DNA of 26,983 bases from the NCBI GenBank assembly GCA_044345055.1, contig JBIJBT010000033.1, positions 1-26,983 on the forward strand. The letters run 5' to 3'. The stretch comes from Bdellovibrionota bacterium. GTDB lineage: Bacteria; Bdellovibrionota_C; UBA2361; OMIW01. The notes beneath the pieces are model-generated. The model was not told the DNA's origin. It was given only the letters and a program-made list of their open reading frames with translations, and did no database searches. Made by a program: the position numbers and the translations under genes. Shown one piece after another: positions 1-8,030 of this stretch (position 1 is the stretch's first letter; each line of letters begins with the position of its first letter).

Positions 1-447
1 TTTGTAGGGACCATAAAGGGAGTAGCTTCGAAACGATTGCCAGAAGCGGTAGAGAGAGTTCTAGAGCAGTGCGGACTAACTGATGTTCGTCGCAAGCTTT
101 GTGGTCACCTATCTCGTGGTTATCGCCAAAGAGTGGGTTTAGCTCAGGCAATAATTCATAATCCTTCCGTGGTTATTCTTGATGAGCCAACCAGTGGGCT
201 CGACCCGAAACAGATAATTCAGATTAGACAGTTAATAGCATCACTCGCTGAGGGCCGAACCGTGATGTTAAGCACCCATATTCTACCCGAGGTAACGATG
301 GTGTGCTCAAAAGTAGTGATCGTTAATAAGGGAAGAACGGTGCTCGAAGAGCAATTAAGCGCTCTGCCTGCAGGCCGCTCACTCGAGGAGATTTTCATCG
401 AATGTGTCAGCCGCTCGGCTGCCGATACGGGGCATGTTGCCGTTTAA
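1..447 (+). CDS. ABC transporter ATP-binding protein, GldA-like (5'-truncated by the window edge)
   Basis: Frame is open from base 1 (FVGTIKGVASKRLPEAVE...). Signature LSRGYRQRVGLAQA is the GldA-type variant of LSGGQ. Walker B/D-loop VVILDEPTSGLDP and H-loop LSTH are present. Confidence 0.9.
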   Translation, partial: FVGTIKGVASKRLPEAVERVLEQCGLTDVRRKLCGHLSRGYRQRVGLAQAIIHNPSVVILDEPTSGLDPKQIIQIRQLIASLAEGRTVMLSTHILPEVTMVCSKVVIVNKGRTVLEEQLSALPAGRSLEEIFIECVSRSAADTGHVAV

Positions 448-533
448 ATCGTGATTACCAACCACTGATCGGATTTTCAGTTACCAACAAATCACCCAAC
501 TTACCACAGATCGTTTGGAGGTCTTGATACCGT

Positions 534-1313
534 ATGAGAAATTGTAATGCGATTGCGCGTCGGGAGATTCTCTCCTTTTTTGTCTCCCCGATAGCATACT
601 TTGTAATCACCGGTTTTGTGCTTCTTTCGGGCTATTTTTTCTTTAACCTGATTGGATTCTTCAATCACATGTTATTGCGGAGTCAGGCGATGCCTTTTCT
701 CCAGCAAGAGGGACCGAGTCTTAATAGATGGGTTATTGAGGGATTTTATCAAACCCTTGTGGTTGTTTTGGTATTTTTGATTCCGATGTTGACGATGAGG
801 ACCATCGCCGAAGAGAAAAGGCGGGGTACTTTTGAGCTCCTAGTTACTTCGCCCATTTCAGTGAGTGATATTGTTATTGGAAAGTACCTTGGGATCGCTT
901 TCGTTCTCTTTATAATGAACACCCTCGTATTCGGCTTTCCACTGCTTCTTGTCTCTTTGGCGGATGTTCCAGTGGAGCTTGCTCCTGTTTTTACTGGATA
1001 CCTCGGGCTCCTTTTGTGCTCGTTAGCTTTTGCAAGTCTCTCGATGGCCGTTTCCTGTTTTACCGAAAATCAGATTGTTGCAGCTGTAACGGGAATGGTC
1101 ACTCTTTTGCTTTTTTATGTTATTCACTCGCCTGCTCAAACTATGGAGCCGGGTATCGCGCAATCTGTACTTAATTACGTATCTCCCGTGATGCAGCTGA
1201 GGGACCCTATTCGTGGAGTATTGACGCTTCAGGGAGGAGTTTACTTCGCATCCGTGATTGTGGTTGGAATTTTTCTCTCGCAACGAGCACTCGAAATGTA
1301 TCGTTGGCGATAG
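534..1313 (+). CDS. ABC-2 type permease, GldF-like
   Basis: About 6 hydrophobic segments. Family-typical motifs IARREILSFFVSPIAY, LTMRTIAEEKRRGTFELLVTSP, IVIGKY and TENQIVAA. SD-like GGAGGT at 517-522. Confidence 0.88.
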   Translation: MRNCNAIARREILSFFVSPIAYFVITGFVLLSGYFFFNLIGFFNHMLLRSQAMPFLQQEGPSLNRWVIEGFYQTLVVVLVFLIPMLTMRTIAEEKRRGTFELLVTSPISVSDIVIGKYLGIAFVLFIMNTLVFGFPLLLVSLADVPVELAPVFTGYLGLLLCSLAFASLSMAVSCFTENQIVAAVTGMVTLLLFYVIHSPAQTMEPGIAQSVLNYVSPVMQLRDPIRGVLTLQGGVYFASVIVVGIFLSQRALEMYRWR

Positions 1314-1370
1314 TGGGGAGAGACGAGGGGTTGAGACTTTTTTGGCGATGAAAAGAGGGGTAGGTAACAT

Positions 1371-3002
1371 ATGTCACGGTGGATTCGTTTCGTAGGAATA
1401 GTTGGAGTCGTTCTCCTTGCGTTTGGTGTTTTAGGGACCGTTGCCCTTGGTGGTGAGGTATTCCAATGGAAAACAGCAGCTACCGTTCTTGGTTTCCACT
1501 TCACGGTGGGGTTGATAGGTGTTGCAGTGTGGTTTGCTCTGTATGGAGTAAAGCATCTTCGCGAGGCTGGAACTGCTCTTACCGGTCGACAGGCGAGATT
1601 TGGCTTCAATGCGATCGTTTATCTGATTGTATTTGTCGGTTTGATTACTGCGGCTAATTGGTTTGTTGTACGGCACGACAAGAGATGGGATTTCACTGAA
1701 GCGGGGGTTTATAGTCTATCGAAGCCATCGAAGCGAATTGTTGGGATGGTAAAAAAGCCGCTCAAGATAGTTGGCTTCAAGGTCGGTGATTGGGAGGGGG
1801 TTAAAGATCTACTCGATTTGTACGGAGCGCAGAATAGTACTCTCGTAACGACAGAGCTTATTGATCCCCGAAGTAAGCCACATCTGGTCGAGCGTTACGA
1901 AATGAAGCCGGGAAATCTGATTTATCTCGCCTATGGTGAGGGAGAAACTGCGGCGGTTAGCAGAGTTAACGAGACAACAGAGGATGCGATTTCAAACGCA
2001 ATCCTCAAGCTGGTTCGAGGAGAGGGGCGGAAGATTTACTACGTTGAGGGGCATGGAGAGCCGTCTCTTGAGTCTCGAGATGAAGGTGGGATTGATCAGT
2101 TCATTAGTGCGATTAGAGATCAGCAGATAGCTGTTGAATCAATAATCGTTTCGACCAAGGAAAAGATTCCTTCCGATGCGGCAGCGGTTCTTCTTGTATC
2201 TCCGAAAAAGGCACTGCTACCCCAAGAGCGAACCGCTCTTGTTAATTATGCCCGCGAAGGGGGGCGATTAGTATTGTTTACCGATCCTCGCGCTCCAGAG
2301 GATGTGGCAGCTATAGCAAAAGAATTCGGGATAGAGGTTGGCAATGATGTTGTATTAGATCAGGTCCAACAACTTTTCTCCGGTCCTGCGCTCGCAGTTC
2401 AATTTGCTGTGCAAGAGTACGGTGAGCATCCGATTACTGCGAATTTTGGCTCAGAATCTGTTACGGTCGTGCAGTTGGCTAGCTCGGTCCGAGCATCACA
2501 GAATCAAGCTGAGGGAGTTCAGGTTACTGATTTGTTAAAAAGCAGCGCTAAATCGTTTGCAATGAAGAAGACGGAACTTATTTTCGATCAGGCACAGCCG
2601 CGAGCTGAAAGATCGGTGGATGATTTAGAGGGACCGGTCTCTCTTGCTACTGCCTACGAAAAGAAGGTTGAGAATGGGTCAAAGGAGGGAGCCCCTTCGT
2701 CTACTCCGGAATCAGATGGTGAGAAGATTTCACGAGTTGTTGTTGTGGGAGATTCTGATCTGATTATGAACGGTGCCTTTAATCTCTATTCAAACCGAGA
2801 TTTCGGGCTGAATATTGTAAACTGGGCAGCAGGAGAAGAGGTCGGGGTATCGATAAAGCCGCGCGTTCTCAAGGTAGCATCGACCCCTCTTCAGGCATCG
2901 GTGTTTAAGAGTATTTTTGTCACCTCCTTCCTGATTCCTGAACTGGTGCTATTAATCGGATTGTTCGTTTGGTTTTCGCGCCGAGAGGTAAGCTTGGGAT
3001 AA
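1371..3002 (+). CDS. GldG-like ABC auxiliary component (ABC_transp_aux / IFT52-like domain)
   Basis: Three N-terminal TM segments; motifs RWDFTEAGVYSLS, IYYVEGHGEP, GGRLVLFTDP, RVVVVGDSD and NRDFGLNIVNW; C-terminal TM. Directly follows the GldA/F-like genes. Confidence 0.85.
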   Translation: MSRWIRFVGIVGVVLLAFGVLGTVALGGEVFQWKTAATVLGFHFTVGLIGVAVWFALYGVKHLREAGTALTGRQARFGFNAIVYLIVFVGLITAANWFVVRHDKRWDFTEAGVYSLSKPSKRIVGMVKKPLKIVGFKVGDWEGVKDLLDLYGAQNSTLVTTELIDPRSKPHLVERYEMKPGNLIYLAYGEGETAAVSRVNETTEDAISNAILKLVRGEGRKIYYVEGHGEPSLESRDEGGIDQFISAIRDQQIAVESIIVSTKEKIPSDAAAVLLVSPKKALLPQERTALVNYAREGGRLVLFTDPRAPEDVAAIAKEFGIEVGNDVVLDQVQQLFSGPALAVQFAVQEYGEHPITANFGSESVTVVQLASSVRASQNQAEGVQVTDLLKSSAKSFAMKKTELIFDQAQPRAERSVDDLEGPVSLATAYEKKVENGSKEGAPSSTPESDGEKISRVVVVGDSDLIMNGAFNLYSNRDFGLNIVNWAAGEEVGVSIKPRVLKVASTPLQASVFKSIFVTSFLIPELVLLIGLFVWFSRREVSLG

Positions 3003-3101
3003 CCTTAAAAGAGCTTTTTTCGTGGGCCTTGGTGTGGCTCTAACCGAGTTGCCCATCAGCTCGCTCTTGGCACAATGTGCTCCTTGGGAAGGGATAGTTC
3101 G

Positions 3102-4520
3102 ATGAAGTTAAAAAAAACATTGATATTGGCGCTCGTTTTGTTAGTGGTGGGTGCTTATATTCAGTTTATTGAACTGCCGAAAGAGAGGCAGGAAAATCAG
3201 AACGAGCTATTTTTAAGGGGTGCGAAAGAGGAAGCGATTCGATCTATTGCCGTTGAGGGAAAAAAGGGTAGTTTTAGGTTGACCAATCAATCTCCGGAAG
3301 AGCCGGAGAAGGTTCAAGGAGAGGTTAAAAAGGAGAGCGTTGAAGGGGCGGATAAGCAGAGCACGTGGATGCTAGAGGGGGTGCCATCGAAGACGAAATT
3401 AGACCCTGGTGCCGTTCGATCTTTGGTTGCAGCGCTGACAGATTTTCGTCTTGGTGAAGCGATTCCTCCGGAGGAGATCGGTTCTGATCTTTCAGTATTC
3501 GGGTTAGATAAGCCGGAAGTAACTATCAGCTTGGGTCTTTCAGGAAAAGAGGAAAATGTGGCATTCGGCAAACGCTCGACCTTTGTTGGCAAGCGTTATG
3601 TGAAGGTCTCTGATCGTGGAGTGTTTACTGTTGATGATGGGCTGTTCTCCTCTGCTGATAAAGATCGGGATAGTTTTCGGCTAAAATCGCCGATCGCTGC
3701 TGATTTGGCGGAGTTTTCCTCTATCGATATCGTTTCCGGTGATGGTCCCGTTAGGATTGAGAAGAATATTGATGGGGTTTGGAATATCGTAAAACCTTTT
3801 GCCGCGAAAGCTGATAGTCAGGTAATTGCAGATTACGTAAGACAGCTTAGGTCTCTTAGAGCGGTCACATTTATCGATCCTCCAGATTCGGAGCAGCTTG
3901 ATAAGTTTAATCTTGCTACTCCTGACGTGTCAGTAGTTCTCGAGGGTAAGACAAGAAAACTTGAGACCCGGATCGGAGTTACGGTAAAAGGTGATAGCAG
4001 CGAGGGTGAGAAGAGCGAAACTGCGATGTACTTCTGGTTCAATGAATCGCCCTCGGTGTATAAGATAGATGGGAATAGAGTTAATCTATTCAGGCTGCCA
4101 GCCCAATCGTTTCAGGACAGACATGTTTTCGAGAGTGACCCTGAAAAACTAACTGGTGTAGAGGTAAAAAGGGAGGGTTTGGCAAGTTGGAATCTCAAAA
4201 AGGAGGCAGGTGTTTGGAAGCTTAATGGGTCGGAGATTAATTCCGGCGCACTCCGAAGCTATCTCGATACTCTTGCTCGTTTTGAGATTGAGAAATATGC
4301 CCTTCCATCTGATACTCAGGAGCCGTTTGGCAAACCTGAGGCCCGATTGATTTTTCAGGAGGGGGATAGCGAGATCACGTGGGAGATCGGTGCTCAATCG
4401 CCTCTTCAACCGGGCGAGCTCCATGCTGTTCGAAAAAAAGACGGAAGTGTGGTTGGTTTTATAACGGGCAAAGGGCTGGCGGAGCTAGTCCCGGATGAAA
4501 AGATATTTTTGAAGAAATAG
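3102..4520 (+). CDS. DUF4340 domain-containing membrane-anchored periplasmic protein
   Basis: N-terminal anchor MKLKKTLILALVLLVVGAY. ATG 3102, preceded by GGAAGGGA, is preferred over the track start at 3075. Three repeated units of type W...D...V..LV..L...FGL..P. Occupies the usual fourth position in GldA/F/G-like cassettes. Confidence 0.75.
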   Translation: MKLKKTLILALVLLVVGAYIQFIELPKERQENQNELFLRGAKEEAIRSIAVEGKKGSFRLTNQSPEEPEKVQGEVKKESVEGADKQSTWMLEGVPSKTKLDPGAVRSLVAALTDFRLGEAIPPEEIGSDLSVFGLDKPEVTISLGLSGKEENVAFGKRSTFVGKRYVKVSDRGVFTVDDGLFSSADKDRDSFRLKSPIAADLAEFSSIDIVSGDGPVRIEKNIDGVWNIVKPFAAKADSQVIADYVRQLRSLRAVTFIDPPDSEQLDKFNLATPDVSVVLEGKTRKLETRIGVTVKGDSSEGEKSETAMYFWFNESPSVYKIDGNRVNLFRLPAQSFQDRHVFESDPEKLTGVEVKREGLASWNLKKEAGVWKLNGSEINSGALRSYLDTLARFEIEKYALPSDTQEPFGKPEARLIFQEGDSEITWEIGAQSPLQPGELHAVRKKDGSVVGFITGKGLAELVPDEKIFLKK

Positions 4521-4561
4521 GGCGAGCATCACAACAAGCCCCTTCCTTTTACCGATTCAAC

Positions 4562-6997
4562 ATGAGGCACATTCTCCGATTCATATTTCGCCTCAGTGTT
4601 GCGGTCGGTGTTCTGCTCGGTGGGGCGGGGACGATTGCGGGGGTGTATCTCTATCGAAGTGTAACACGCGACCTTCCCGATTTCCGAACGATCGAGCAGT
4701 ATCGTCCACCAGCGGTAACTTCGGTCTATTCCTCTGATGGGACATTGATAGCGGAGTTTTTTCGGGAGCGTCGATACCCGGTCAGTCTAAAAGAGATTCC
4801 TCTTATTGTCCGACAAGCCTTCTTAGCCTCCGAAGATGCTCAATTTTACTCTCATCCGGGAGTCGATGTGGTTAGCATCGCACGGGCAGCAATAATCAAT
4901 TTTCAGTCTGGTAAATCGAAACAGGGCGCCTCCACGATAACGCAGCAAGTGGTGAAAAACCTCCTCCTTAGCCCTGAAAAGCGGCTTAGACGAAAAATAA
5001 AGGAGGCAATACTATCTTATCGGTTGGAGAAAAGGCTCTCCAAGGATGACATCCTTGAGATTTATCTTAATCAGATTTTTTTTGGTAACGGGGCTTACGG
5101 AATAAAAGCTGCGGCTAAGACCTATTTCCACAAGGAAGAAGTCTCTGAATTGACGATCGGGGAGGCAGCTTTGTTGGCGGGTCTTCCTAAAGCCCCAAGC
5201 CACTATTCACCTCACACGCAACCTCGCCGTGCTCGCGATCGGCGACAGTATGTATTGGGGCAGATGTTGAAGAATGGGTTTATTTCTCGGGATCAATTTC
5301 AAGAAGCGTCGCGAGAGGAAATTAAAGCCTTTCCACTCTCTCACCGAAACGTTTTTGCTGCTCCCCATTTTATTACCGATCTGAGAGTTCGGATGCAGCA
5401 GAGTTGGCCGCTTATCGATATAGATTCAGCAGGTATAAAAATTTTTACCTCGGTTGATCTTAAAGCAACAAAAATTGCTGAGCGAGAATTAAAGGCTGGA
5501 TTGCGAACTGTGGATAAGAGACGAGGTTGGCGGGGGCCAATTGATTCGATTAAAGGCAAACAGCCGACTCACCGAGATGCATTTATTCGGCGTTATTCGG
5601 CACGATTATATCACTCTGGAGATTTGGATAATTCGGAACCCCACGTTGCCCTTGTAACGGGAGTCAGTCCCAACAAAATATCGATCGATCTCGGTGATGA
5701 GCAGGGAGTTCTTGATATGGAGGGATCCCGTTGGGGGATTCGTAGAATTGGTGCTGGCGAAAGACGTTTTTCTGCACCCCTTAATGAAGGTTTAAAGACG
5801 GGCGACATTATTGAGGTGACTGTCGACAAGGGTAAATTTTTATTGGCTCAAACACCGAAGATTCAGGGCTCGTCGGTGATACTTGATCCTTTCACTGGAC
5901 GGATTGTCTCGATGATTGGAGGGTATGATTATGGAGCGAGCCAATTTAATAGAACAACTCAATCGCTTCGACAGCCAGGGTCAGCTTTCAAGCCGATCGT
6001 TTATTTAGCTGCGATTGATGGATTTGGATACTCTCCAAGCTCTATCGTTCATGATTCTCCCCGTTCATTTAGGGTAGGTGATACCTGGTGGACTCCCCAT
6101 AATTTTGACGGAAAATATAAGGGCGCAATATCTTTACAGATGGCTCTTGAGTTATCCAGAAATCTTGTTTCTGCAGATATCGTTTCTAAGATTGGACTTT
6201 CTTCAGTTATTCGATATGCAAAGCGGTTGGGACTTTCAACACCTCTTGGTAGAAATCCTTCACTTTCTCTTGGCAGTAGCGAAGTTCTTCCGATTGAACT
6301 AGCTCGTGCGTATGGAGTTCTCGTTGCACGTGGTGTTCTTTCAGATACTCGGTTGGTTGATAAGTTAGTTGATCGTGATGGAACAGTTATTTTTAATGCT
6401 GACTCGCAACCAAACCTGCCATACAAACAGGTGGTTGATCCAAAAAGTGCATTTATCCTCGCGCATATGATGAAAGGAGTTGTCGACCGTGGGACTGCCC
6501 GGGTTGTATCGACATTGGGATATCCGGTAGGAGGAAAGACAGGAACAACGAATAATTATATGGATACTTGGTTCGTTGGGTTTACGCCTCGTTGGGTCTG
6601 TGGTGTTTGGGTAGGTTTTGATGAGAAGAAAAAGATCGGAGAGAAGGAAACGGGTGGAGCCATATCAGCCCCTATATTTCTCAATACGATGAAATCATTC
6701 TTGGAGGAGAGCGAGCGAGATGATAGGGAAGGATTGCAGCGTGCTCTCGAAGAGGAGGCTAAACTTTTTGATATAGGTGTTGTTCCTGTCAAGAGCGCGG
6801 AGCCTTTAGATTTTGAGCCCCCCGCCGGTGTAGAGCCACGATGGATTAGTCGGGATAGTGGTCAGCGAATGAAGGAGGGTACTCCCGGAGCCGTAAAAGA
6901 GTATTTTGTTATGGGGAATACAAGACCGATGGAAGAGTCGGGATCTGAACAATCGGCGGCCCCAATTGATGAGTACTTTGAATCGGGTCAGCTTTAA
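4562..6997 (+). CDS. mrcA: Class A penicillin-binding protein 1A (transglycosylase/transpeptidase)
   Basis: N-terminal TM. GT51 motifs EDAQFYSHPG, GASTITQQVVKN and RKIKE. Transpeptidase motifs SxxK (QPGSAFKP), SxN (SRN) and KTG (GKTGTT). An insert between the two domains matches the position of the OB-like insert in PBP1A. Confidence 0.93.
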   Translation: MRHILRFIFRLSVAVGVLLGGAGTIAGVYLYRSVTRDLPDFRTIEQYRPPAVTSVYSSDGTLIAEFFRERRYPVSLKEIPLIVRQAFLASEDAQFYSHPGVDVVSIARAAIINFQSGKSKQGASTITQQVVKNLLLSPEKRLRRKIKEAILSYRLEKRLSKDDILEIYLNQIFFGNGAYGIKAAAKTYFHKEEVSELTIGEAALLAGLPKAPSHYSPHTQPRRARDRRQYVLGQMLKNGFISRDQFQEASREEIKAFPLSHRNVFAAPHFITDLRVRMQQSWPLIDIDSAGIKIFTSVDLKATKIAERELKAGLRTVDKRRGWRGPIDSIKGKQPTHRDAFIRRYSARLYHSGDLDNSEPHVALVTGVSPNKISIDLGDEQGVLDMEGSRWGIRRIGAGERRFSAPLNEGLKTGDIIEVTVDKGKFLLAQTPKIQGSSVILDPFTGRIVSMIGGYDYGASQFNRTTQSLRQPGSAFKPIVYLAAIDGFGYSPSSIVHDSPRSFRVGDTWWTPHNFDGKYKGAISLQMALELSRNLVSADIVSKIGLSSVIRYAKRLGLSTPLGRNPSLSLGSSEVLPIELARAYGVLVARGVLSDTRLVDKLVDRDGTVIFNADSQPNLPYKQVVDPKSAFILAHMMKGVVDRGTARVVSTLGYPVGGKTGTTNNYMDTWFVGFTPRWVCGVWVGFDEKKKIGEKETGGAISAPIFLNTMKSFLEESERDDREGLQRALEEEAKLFDIGVVPVKSAEPLDFEPPAGVEPRWISRDSGQRMKEGTPGAVKEYFVMGNTRPMEESGSEQSAAPIDEYFESGQL

Positions 6998-7075
6998 AAA
7001 AGTCAGAGTAAATCACGACTCACCGAACTGTTACCATCCAGAAGATATTGAGCTCTTTTTTGAGGGTCGACTCCT

Positions 7076-7735
7076 TTAGTCGTTTACCACAAAAACCCGT
7101 ACAGTATCGATTATGTCTCCAGCGCGAAGCTGATCGAGCGTTTTCCATCCTCCAATCAGCTGCCCGAAAACCGTATAGTTTTGATCCATGTGAGGCGAGT
7201 CGGACAAAATTATATGAAATTGACTTCCATTTGACCTCCTCTCTGGGTTTGCGTCATCCGCCACCCGTGCCATGCCGAGCGCTCCTCGTTGGTGGCTGTG
7301 TCTATTGAACTCGGGAGGTATGGACCATCCAGGCCCCGATTTTGATACAGAGGGACGGCCTCCCTGAATGAGGTATTTCGGATAAAAACCGGTGAATGAC
7401 AAACCGCGGTAGAAACCTTTGTCGGCTAGATACTTAAAATTAGCAACGTGCCACGGTGCGCTCTCCGGAAAAAGCCGGAAAACAAGCTCGCCTTTATTAG
7501 TCTGAATAATCGCACTTCGAAGCTTCCTAATTTCCAAGGGGGGAGGGAGCTTAAACGGGGGCTCGGCAGCAGCAGCGTAACGAGTTACAATTGTAAGAGC
7601 GAGTAAAATAAAAAGAGATGCTTTTATTCGATGGGATCGAGCCCAGGAATGACATCTTTTAACGATGTCGAGCCGGGCCGATTCTAGTATGAGCTCAGTC
7701 TCAGAAAAGGGTCTCGTTAGATATGTAAAGAGCAT
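7076..7735 (-). CDS. Cyclophilin-type peptidyl-prolyl isomerase-like protein, probably exported, with a degenerate active site
   Basis: Motifs IQTNKGELVFRLFPESAPWHVANF, LIQGG, HQRGALGMAR, SNGSQF and YTVFGQ. Signal-like segment RIKASLFILLALTIVTRYAAA. The canonical FHRV is replaced by FTGF. Start codon uncertain. Confidence 0.88.
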   Translation of the reverse strand: MLFTYLTRPFSETELILESARLDIVKRCHSWARSHRIKASLFILLALTIVTRYAAAAEPPFKLPPPLEIRKLRSAIIQTNKGELVFRLFPESAPWHVANFKYLADKGFYRGLSFTGFYPKYLIQGGRPSVSKSGPGWSIPPEFNRHSHQRGALGMARVADDANPERRSNGSQFHIILSDSPHMDQNYTVFGQLIGGWKTLDQLRAGDIIDTVRVFVVND

Positions 7736-8030
7736 CGCGTCTCTCTTAAATATGGCATCGTGATGATGCCTCGTTTTTAACGAGGTAATCCACCCTAGTT
7801 TACTGTGATATCAGATGAACGACTATCGGTTTCATAGGCGAACAAAAGCTGGCCTAAATGGTCATCAATATATCGCCACGAACTCTCTTCGAGACTCGCC
7901 ACTCGCCAAAGGTATCCAGTGCCAGAATCATAAGCACTTTTTTTCTGTTTTAAAGCTGGTACTAATCAACCTGTATTATAGCTTATTTAATAAACTTCGG
8001 CTTCCTAAACCTTTTTCGCTCGAAAAGCGG

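Noticed and set aside
1..3002. Gliding motility system implied by Gld-like names
   Set aside because: No gldK/L/M/N, sprB or agl/glt genes are present in the window; these ABC families are widespread in non-gliding bacteria.
3068..3081. TGGCAC...TGC resembling a sigma54 -24/-12 promoter before the DUF4340 gene
   Set aside because: GG-to-GC spacing is 8 nt rather than the required 10.
7815..8030. 72-aa N-terminal extension of the VWA ORF in the track
   Set aside because: Lies before the signal peptide in an AT-rich stretch; more likely promoter or UTR sequence of the divergent pair.
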